A stretch of 64,000 bases of DNA from Verrucomicrobiota bacterium (lineage in GTDB: Bacteria; Verrucomicrobiota; Verrucomicrobiia; Verrucomicrobiales; Verrucomicrobiaceae). The notes beneath the pieces were generated by a model, which was not told where the DNA came from, made no database searches, and worked only from the letters and a program-made list of their open reading frames with translations. Positions 57,318 to 64,000 of the stretch are shown here, one piece after another. Made by a program: the position numbers and the translations under genes. Location of the stretch: contig JAZKCU010000027.1 in NCBI GenBank assembly GCA_040387935.1, positions 9,474 to 73,473 of the forward strand. Direction: 5' to 3'. The first letter of the stretch is position 1; every line of letters starts with the position of its first letter.

Positions 57318-60300
57318 ATGGCTGACCCCGCCCCATCTCCCCTCCAGGCCCCGTCCCAGCTCGAAGCTGGCGCTTACGAAGTCATCCGTCAGCGCCTCGC
57401 CAAACACGGCGGCGAGCTCCAGCGCCGTCTCGAATTGCTGAACAACGACCGCAAGGCCGAGTTCGGCGGCATCGAGACCGCCCTGCTCGCCACCACGCGC
57501 CTCACCACGGACAACAACTGCGTTCCGCGTGACATGGCCGCCATCGGCCCGAAACGCTTTTTGTTCGGCTACAACGTCCACCTCGGCCTGCGGACGACGA
57601 TGAAGATCGAGGACGTCTTCTCGGCCTACGACTACCAGGAGGGCGACAATAGCTTCCACACGAACAAGCAGAACCTGCTCGGCGATCCGCAGTTCGCGGA
57701 GGATTTCGCTTATCTCTACAGTTACTACAAGCACGCCACCTTCCTCAAGTTCCACCGCATCGGCCCGCACCTTTACATGGGTTTCCAGGTCGGACAGCGC
57801 GCCACCGAAGTCAAAACCTTCAAATGGCTCGTCGATGACGAGGCGGGCACGCTCAAATACCTCGGCAATCGAAGCGATCACGAGTTCGTCTTCCCCACGC
57901 CGCAGGAGTTTGCGTGGAAGAGGGCCACGCGGGACATGTATCGCCACGGCGTGCATCCGCACATCAGCATCGAGGACCGCGTGTTTGTGGAGACCATCGG
58001 CGGAGATCTCACCGTCAAGGTGGAGAACAACACCGAGACCGGGCGCGGCATCTACAACGAGCCGGTCGACAACAAGGACCAGACGCTCGATGACGCGGAG
58101 GTGCACTACGCCATCGTCGGCAATCTCGTGCTGATGAAGGTGCTGCCGTATCAGGAGAAGCTGTGGCGCCATCTCGTGTTCAACGAGCGCACCCGCGAGG
58201 CTCATCGCATTGACAGCATCGCCGAGAGCTGCGTGCTGCTGCCGGATGATCACGGCATCCTTTTCCCGCATGGTTATGTGCTGCAGACCGGCGAGGTGCG
58301 CCGCTTTGACACGGGCCTGCCGCCCATGCGTTTTGAGAAGCGCATCTCCGCCGCGAATGGTGAGGACACGCTCTACGTCTTCAGCCATCTGGAAAGCGGC
58401 TCCTACCTGCTGCTCAGCTACAATCTCATCACGCAGACCATCGCCACGCCGCAGCCCTGCCACGGCTTCAGCCTCTTCCCCACTGGCGAGCTCATCCTCT
58501 TTGATGCTGATGCCGAGCCGCGCAAGCACCACGTGGTGCAGGTCTGGCGCACGCCCTTTCTCACCGCTGATGTCAGCGAGGCCAAGGCCGCGCAGACCTT
58601 TCTCAGCAAAATTGGTAATGCCGAAATCGTCCGTGCCATGGCCGAGGCACGAGGTGTGCTCACCTTGCTCGCCAAGGATGATTCCTTCTCCGGCCTCTAT
58701 GTCGAACTCGTTCGCACCTGCGGTGACATCGCCGATAGTTACTTTTGGGTAGGCAATGCCGAGGCGCATGACCTCAAGAGCGCACTGCTGGAGATCAAGA
58801 CCACTGCTGAAGCCGCTCTGGCCGAGTTTGAAAAAGTGCGGCGCATGCGCAAGACCGCCGCGGAGCAGACCACGGCTCTTCAAGAGAAGGTGCAGAAAGC
58901 GCTCGGCTCCGCTGCGAACACCGATCCCTCGGACATCCTCGGCTTTGTCCAGCTTCTCACGACTCTGCGGGAGCTGCGCGGCCAGGCCATCTCATTACGC
59001 GATGTTCGTTATACCGATGCGGCCACCATCGACCAGATGGACAAGTCTCTGGCCGAAGGCACAGACAAGCTCAGCGCCAAGTGCGTGACCTTCCTGCTCA
59101 AGCCGGAAGCACTCGATCCTTACCGCAAGCAGATCACCGAGCAGCAGGCCCGCGTGCCGAACCTAGCGAAAGTTACTGAAGCTCAAGAGGTCGAGGAAGC
59201 CCTCGCGAGATCCAGCAACGAGCTGGAGATGCTCACCGCCATCGTCAGCGGCCTGAAGATCCAGGATGCCACCGAGACCACGCGCATCATCGAGGGCATC
59301 TCCACGCTCTTTGCCCAGCTCAACCAGGTGCGCAGCGTCCTGCGCAACCGCCGCAATGACCTCGCGAAATCTGAAGGCGCCGCGCAGTTTCAGGCGCAGC
59401 TCAGTTTGCTCAGCCAGAGCGTGCTGAACTACCTCGAGGTGGCCACCACGCCGGAGAAGTGTGATGAGTCCCTCACCCGCGTGCTGGTGCAGATCGAGGA
59501 GATGGAGACCCGCTTCTCCGACTTCGATGACTATGCGGCCGAGCTCATCAAGAAGCGCGAGGAGGTGCAGACCGCCTTTGAGTCCCGCCGGCAGAACCTC
59601 AAGGATGTCCTGAACCGCCGCTGCAACAGCCTCGGCCAGTCCGCCGAGCGCATCCTCGGCAGCATCCGCAACCGCCTAACCACCTTTGCCAAGCCTGAGG
59701 TGGTCCATGCCTGGCTGGCGGCCGATGCCATGGTGGCGAAGCTGCGCGACCTCCTCGATGAACTCCGCAAACTCGGCGACAGCGTCCGCGCGGATGAGCT
59801 CTCCACACGCCTCAAGACCGTCCAGCAGGATTCGCTGAAGCAGATTCGTGACAAGGCCGAGATCTTCGTCGGTGGCGGAGACCTCATCAAATTTGGCCAG
59901 CACCAGTTCAGCGTGAACAAGCAGCCGCTGGAACTGACCATCCTCCCACGCGATGGCGGTCTCGCCTTCCACCTCACCGGCACACGTTTCTTTGAAAAGG
60001 TCGTCAATGCCGAGCTGGAAACCCAGCGCAGCGTCTGGGATCAGGCCGTCGTTTCAGAGAACAATGAAGTTTACCGCGCCGAATACCTGGCCTGGCAGAT
60101 GCACAAATCTGGCGCGGGTGATGACGTCGCCGCCTTCATGTCCCAGCGCTATCATGAAGGCTACACCAAGGGTGTGCATGACCACGATGCCGCTCTCATC
60201 CTGAAACCGCTGCGTGAGATGGAGCAGGCGCTCGGCCTTCTCCGCCACTCTCCCGCCGCCCGTGGTTGCGCCAGGCTCTTCTGGCACGCCTGGCCTGAGG

Positions 60301-62342
60301 ATTCTGACAAGAAATCCCTCACCGCCCGCATGCAGTCGAAAGGGCGGATGAAGGAGTTGTTAGGCGCTTCTAGCACCGACGTGCCGCGTTCGCTCCTGGA
60401 CTTTGTGGAGCGCGAGTGTCCTCACTCGCAGGCCGGTGACTTGCGGGTGAGGACACCCGCACTCCAGATCGCCGCCTGTCTCATCGACGAGCTCCAGTCC
60501 AAGCATCCGTTTTCACGCTCCGCTGCTGCGATTGATCTCCTGCGCTCTTTCCGCAAGGAGCTCACCGCCAAGCGCGCCACCAAGGATTTTGAAGACACGC
60601 TTGAAGCCCTTTCGTCCGAGTCCTGGCTGGCCTTCGAGATCGCTCTTGAATGGCTGGCGGCGCTCCATCCTTCCGCCGACCGCGGCGTGATCATCGAGAC
60701 CGCTGCCATGGTGGTCGTCAAGGACACACCGCCCGCCGCCACACCTACTGAGCCGCCTTCACAAGCCACCATCACTGGCCTGACCGGTAATCACTCACGC
60801 ATCAGCGAGGCGAAACTCGAGCTCGACTACCATGAGTTCACCACGCGCCTCCAGCGTTATGAAAGGGAAGTCGTGCCTGCCTTTGAAGCCTTCCAGCAGC
60901 TCAAGCATCACCTCGGCGAGACCCGGCGGAAGGATCTGCGTCTGGATCAGTTCAAGGCTGGTGTGCTCAGCTCCTTCGTGCGCAACCGCCTGATCGATCA
61001 AGTGTATCTGCCGCTCATCGGCGCGAACCTCGCGAAGCAGCTCGGTGCTGCGGGCAAGGACACACGCACGGATCGCATGGGCCTGCTGCTGCTCATCTCC
61101 CCGCCCGGCTACGGCAAGACCACGCTCATGGAGTATGTGGCGAGCCGTCTCGGGATCACGCTGGTGAAGATCAATGGCCCTGCGCTCGGCCATCAAGTGA
61201 CCTCACTTGATCCTTCCGAAGCGAAAAACGCCAGTGCCCGCGAGGAAATCGAGAAGCTCAACCTCGCCTTTGAGATGGGTGACAACGTGATGATCTATCT
61301 GGATGACATCCAGCACACGAACCCTGAGTTCCTGCAAAAGTTCATCCCGCTCTGCGACGGCACCCGCAAGATCGAAGGCGTGTTCCAGGGCGAGGCCAAG
61401 ACCTATGATCTGCGCGGCCGCAAGGTCGCCGTGGTCATGGCGGGCAATCCCTACACCGAAGTCGGCGGCAAGTTCCAGGTGCCTGACATGCTCGCGAACC
61501 GGGCCGACACCTACAACCTCGGCGATATCCTCGGCGGCCATCAGGAAGCCTTCAAGGACAGCTACATCGAGAACGGCCTAACGAGTAATTCGACTCTCTC
61601 ACGCATTGCCGCGCGCAGTCATGCGGACGCGCTGGCCGTTTTGAAGATCGCCCAGACCCAAAGCCGCGAAGGCATCGAGTTTGAGGGCAGCTTCAGCGCG
61701 GAGGAGATCAATGACGCCGTCGTCGTCATGGAGAAGCTGCTGCATGTGCGCGAGATCATCCTGCGCGTGAACCAGGAGTATGTCCGCAGTGCCGCCACTG
61801 AGGACGCCTACCGCACCGAGCCGCCCTTCAAGCTCCAGGGTAGCTACCGGAACATGAACAAGATCGCCGAGAAGATCCTGCCGCTCATGACGGATGCCGA
61901 GGTGGCCACCCTCATCGCCGATCATTACCGCGGCGAGGCCCAGACCCTCAGCAAAGCCGCTGAGGCCAATCTCTTGAAGTGGCGTGAGATCAATGGTCTC
62001 GCCACTGAGGCCGACAAGCAGCGCTGGAACGAAATCAAGAGCACCTTCAAGCGCAACCTCCTCACCGGTGGCGCTGGCGAAAACGACCCCATCAACCGCA
62101 TCACCGGCCACCTGAGCGCCTTCACTGCGGGGCTTGAAAAGATTGAGCAAGCCGTCGCCCAACCAACTTTATCGGACATCACCATCGAGAAGCTCCGAAC
62201 CATCATCGAAGCCCTCCGCGCCGTCCCTGTGAACGTCGAGATCAAAGTGCAGCCCGTCGAAAAAGAAGTTGCTGGCGAGCCGCCCATCGACATCGCAAGC
62301 GAGGTCGAACAACCCACGGCTTCGAAGAAGAAAAAGCCCTGA
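57318..62342 (+). CDS. giant (1674 aa) protein: N-terminal beta-rich domain + long helical/coiled-coil region + C-terminal AAA+ (AAA_5/MoxR/McrB-like) P-loop ATPase
   Basis: Walker A LLISPPGYGKTT. Walker B IYLDDIQH. A sensor-like VVMAGNPYTE. The N-terminal ~480 aa are rich in aromatic/beta residues. About 700 aa of helical heptad-like sequence (A/E/L/K/R) lie between. Confidence 0.8.
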   Translation: MADPAPSPLQAPSQLEAGAYEVIRQRLAKHGGELQRRLELLNNDRKAEFGGIETALLATTRLTTDNNCVPRDMAAIGPKRFLFGYNVHLGLRTTMKIEDVFSAYDYQEGDNSFHTNKQNLLGDPQFAEDFAYLYSYYKHATFLKFHRIGPHLYMGFQVGQRATEVKTFKWLVDDEAGTLKYLGNRSDHEFVFPTPQEFAWKRATRDMYRHGVHPHISIEDRVFVETIGGDLTVKVENNTETGRGIYNEPVDNKDQTLDDAEVHYAIVGNLVLMKVLPYQEKLWRHLVFNERTREAHRIDSIAESCVLLPDDHGILFPHGYVLQTGEVRRFDTGLPPMRFEKRISAANGEDTLYVFSHLESGSYLLLSYNLITQTIATPQPCHGFSLFPTGELILFDADAEPRKHHVVQVWRTPFLTADVSEAKAAQTFLSKIGNAEIVRAMAEARGVLTLLAKDDSFSGLYVELVRTCGDIADSYFWVGNAEAHDLKSALLEIKTTAEAALAEFEKVRRMRKTAAEQTTALQEKVQKALGSAANTDPSDILGFVQLLTTLRELRGQAISLRDVRYTDAATIDQMDKSLAEGTDKLSAKCVTFLLKPEALDPYRKQITEQQARVPNLAKVTEAQEVEEALARSSNELEMLTAIVSGLKIQDATETTRIIEGISTLFAQLNQVRSVLRNRRNDLAKSEGAAQFQAQLSLLSQSVLNYLEVATTPEKCDESLTRVLVQIEEMETRFSDFDDYAAELIKKREEVQTAFESRRQNLKDVLNRRCNSLGQSAERILGSIRNRLTTFAKPEVVHAWLAADAMVAKLRDLLDELRKLGDSVRADELSTRLKTVQQDSLKQIRDKAEIFVGGGDLIKFGQHQFSVNKQPLELTILPRDGGLAFHLTGTRFFEKVVNAELETQRSVWDQAVVSENNEVYRAEYLAWQMHKSGAGDDVAAFMSQRYHEGYTKGVHDHDAALILKPLREMEQALGLLRHSPAARGCARLFWHAWPEDSDKKSLTARMQSKGRMKELLGASSTDVPRSLLDFVERECPHSQAGDLRVRTPALQIAACLIDELQSKHPFSRSAAAIDLLRSFRKELTAKRATKDFEDTLEALSSESWLAFEIALEWLAALHPSADRGVIIETAAMVVVKDTPPAATPTEPPSQATITGLTGNHSRISEAKLELDYHEFTTRLQRYEREVVPAFEAFQQLKHHLGETRRKDLRLDQFKAGVLSSFVRNRLIDQVYLPLIGANLAKQLGAAGKDTRTDRMGLLLLISPPGYGKTTLMEYVASRLGITLVKINGPALGHQVTSLDPSEAKNASAREEIEKLNLAFEMGDNVMIYLDDIQHTNPEFLQKFIPLCDGTRKIEGVFQGEAKTYDLRGRKVAVVMAGNPYTEVGGKFQVPDMLANRADTYNLGDILGGHQEAFKDSYIENGLTSNSTLSRIAARSHADALAVLKIAQTQSREGIEFEGSFSAEEINDAVVVMEKLLHVREIILRVNQEYVRSAATEDAYRTEPPFKLQGSYRNMNKIAEKILPLMTDAEVATLIADHYRGEAQTLSKAAEANLLKWREINGLATEADKQRWNEIKSTFKRNLLTGGAGENDPINRITGHLSAFTAGLEKIEQAVAQPTLSDITIEKLRTIIEALRAVPVNVEIKVQPVEKEVAGEPPIDIASEVEQPTASKKKKP

Positions 62343-62375
62343 AGTCGCGAAGCGTCTCGGAGTGCGGTGGCAGAG

Positions 62376-62395
62376 AGGCACGGGACACCGTGCCT
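62376..62395 (+). other. stable GC hairpin (aggcacgg-gaca-ccgtgcct) 34 bp after the giant ATPase stop, no U-tract
   Basis: Perfect 8-bp stem with a tetraloop. Possibly an mRNA 3' stability element or an atypical terminator. Confidence 0.3.
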
Positions 62396-62742
62396 CGTCG
62401 ACACCGCTATCGAGCGCATATGACGTCTCCCGATTTGAAGGATGCTCTTTGCGCACCTAGCGGTGTCGCGCCTTGGAGCTTGTTACCGTAGTCCGGGACG
62501 CTCCGCGACTCCTCCGCTTGTCGTCAACATATCGATCATCACGATTTCTTAATCATCCTTTTCTCGACGTGATGCCGGTCGCCTTGGTAGCTTCGCTTAT
62601 CCATGAGAAGGCATGCATCCCAACAAAGGCCGTGATTCGCCGTCCTGCATGCGAGTCCTTTTTACAAAGCCTTGACGGACCATCGAACAGAATCGCGCCA
62701 CTGCTTTCCAACGTCCCGCGCCAGCCAACCCTCCCCCTAACC

Positions 62743-63987
62743 ATGCGTGTCCTGAACTCTTCCCGTGTCGTCTTGGTTCTCCTGGCCCTTTCCGGCCTTG
62801 TCTGCGGGCAGCAGCCCGCTCCCGCGCCGACACCAGCACCACCCTCTGTTCGGGCGCAGCCTCCGACTGGGGTGCCACCAGCGACGGTCACACCACCTGC
62901 GCCGGTCACGCCGGAACGGGCACATCCCAACGTCATGCCGACGCCTCCACGGCCGACGATACCCGCCGTGAATCCGGCCTTGCCGCCGCAGAGACGCATC
63001 CCTCCCGCGCCCGCTATGCCCGCTCAGCCTGCCGCGCCGGTGGATGCGCGTGTGCCGACCATCGAGCGTGAGCGCACGGTGTATGTGCCGTTTGAAGATT
63101 TGGAGAAGGTCTTCAAGGATGGCGGCAAGGGGGTCTTCCTGCCTTACCGCGAGTTTCTGGATCTCTGGAACGAGCTCACTTTAAAGCGTGAGAAGGATGA
63201 CAAGCCGCCGCCAGCGGATGCCGTGCTGGCACGCGCTGAATACACGGGGCGTGTGGAAGGTGAGAGCCTGATCCTGGATGCGAAGATCACGGTCGAGTCC
63301 TTTAAAAAAGGCTGGGTGCTGCTGCCGCTGGTGGGGAATGCGCCGGCCATCGGTGAAGCGGAGACGGGCAAGGCCGTGCTGCGCATGAAGGATGGTGGCG
63401 CGGATGTGCTGCTGCCGGAAAAGGGCAGCTATGAGCTGGCGCTGAAGATCTATGCGCCCATCAAACGCGCGGACGGGAAGAACCGCGTGACGCTGAATCT
63501 GCCGCGCGCCGCGGTGTCCCGCCTGAGCATCGCGGTGCCGGGAGAGGGGCTGGAGTTCACGATGAATCCGGCGGCGGCGTATACCACGCAGGTCGCGGCA
63601 GGGCAGACGCAGTTCTCCTGCTTCTTCGGCAGCGGCGGAGCCCAGGAGATCGCCTGGGGTGCGGCGCAGGCGGTGACGCAGATGCAGCCGCTGGTGCTGG
63701 CCAGCACAAAGATGACCACGCGCATCGGCGTGGCCTCGGTGAGCACGCAGGCGGACATTGCCTATCGAATTTTGCGTTCACCCGTGGCGGAGCTGCAGAT
63801 CAAGCTGCCGGCCACGCAGGAGGTGCTGGGCGTGACGGGAGCCGGCATCAAGGAATGGAAGATCAACATGCCTGCGGTCGCGGGGAACCTGGAGCAGGCG
63901 CAGAAGACGCTGGTCATCAGCCTGGAGAAACCGGTGCGGGATGACTTAAGCCCAATGCCGTTAAGCAATAATGACTGTACAACATGA
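62743..63987 (+). CDS. secreted hypothetical protein with Pro-rich N-terminal linker; C-terminus falls in a low-GC tail
   Basis: The ORF runs from 62473; the likely start is MRVLNSSRVVLVLLALSGLVCG (signal peptide). The stop sits inside an atypical AT-rich segment at the window edge. Confidence 0.45.
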   Translation: MRVLNSSRVVLVLLALSGLVCGQQPAPAPTPAPPSVRAQPPTGVPPATVTPPAPVTPERAHPNVMPTPPRPTIPAVNPALPPQRRIPPAPAMPAQPAAPVDARVPTIERERTVYVPFEDLEKVFKDGGKGVFLPYREFLDLWNELTLKREKDDKPPPADAVLARAEYTGRVEGESLILDAKITVESFKKGWVLLPLVGNAPAIGEAETGKAVLRMKDGGADVLLPEKGSYELALKIYAPIKRADGKNRVTLNLPRAAVSRLSIAVPGEGLEFTMNPAAAYTTQVAAGQTQFSCFFGSGGAQEIAWGAAQAVTQMQPLVLASTKMTTRIGVASVSTQADIAYRILRSPVAELQIKLPATQEVLGVTGAGIKEWKINMPAVAGNLEQAQKTLVISLEKPVRDDLSPMPLSNNDCTT

Positions 63988-64000
63988 TTTCTTGGTTAAC

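Noticed and set aside
57835-59088. Alternative-frame ORFs (99-180 aa) inside the giant ATPase gene
   Set aside because: They are nested within the long continuous 1674-aa frame, which has coherent motifs. The alternative frames give Ser/Arg/Pro-rich junk.

Overview
This is a high-GC (~60%) bacterial chromosomal window that is densely coding on both strands. It holds about 45 protein genes and one tRNA-Leu(UAA); there are no rRNA genes, CRISPR arrays or recognisable transposases. PVC-type heme-binding CxxCH, PSCyt1/DUF1549/DUF1553 and giant RCC1-repeat proteins suggest a Verrucomicrobia/PVC-type genome, but that is inferred from gene content, not searched. Most genes are housekeeping or envelope functions: carboxynorspermidine dehydrogenase, an ABC-2 GldA/F/G-like exporter with a DUF4340 partner, DsbD, BioA, an ECF sigma module, HU, Psd, MurJ, MoaA/MobA and a 2-oxoacid dehydrogenase E1 alpha/beta pair. 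The strongest candidate for an undescribed system is a tightly packed, same-strand five-gene cluster at 53681-62342: NfeD/YqiJ-like membrane protein, flotillin (SPFH), an acidic Trp-rich hypothetical, a small membrane protein, and a 1674-aa protein with a beta-rich N-terminus, a long helical middle and a C-terminal AAA+ (AAA_5/MoxR/McrB-like) P-loop ATPase. Other oddities are a 1211-aa sensor-domain/ABCG-like fusion, an in-frame KsgA(RsmA)-NUDIX fusion, an internally duplicated 2161-aa RCC1 giant, a cytochrome-c-themed cluster around dsbD, a long perfect inverted repeat in an intergenic region, and a low-GC tail at the window end. Every functional call rests on motifs read by eye; no database searches were run.
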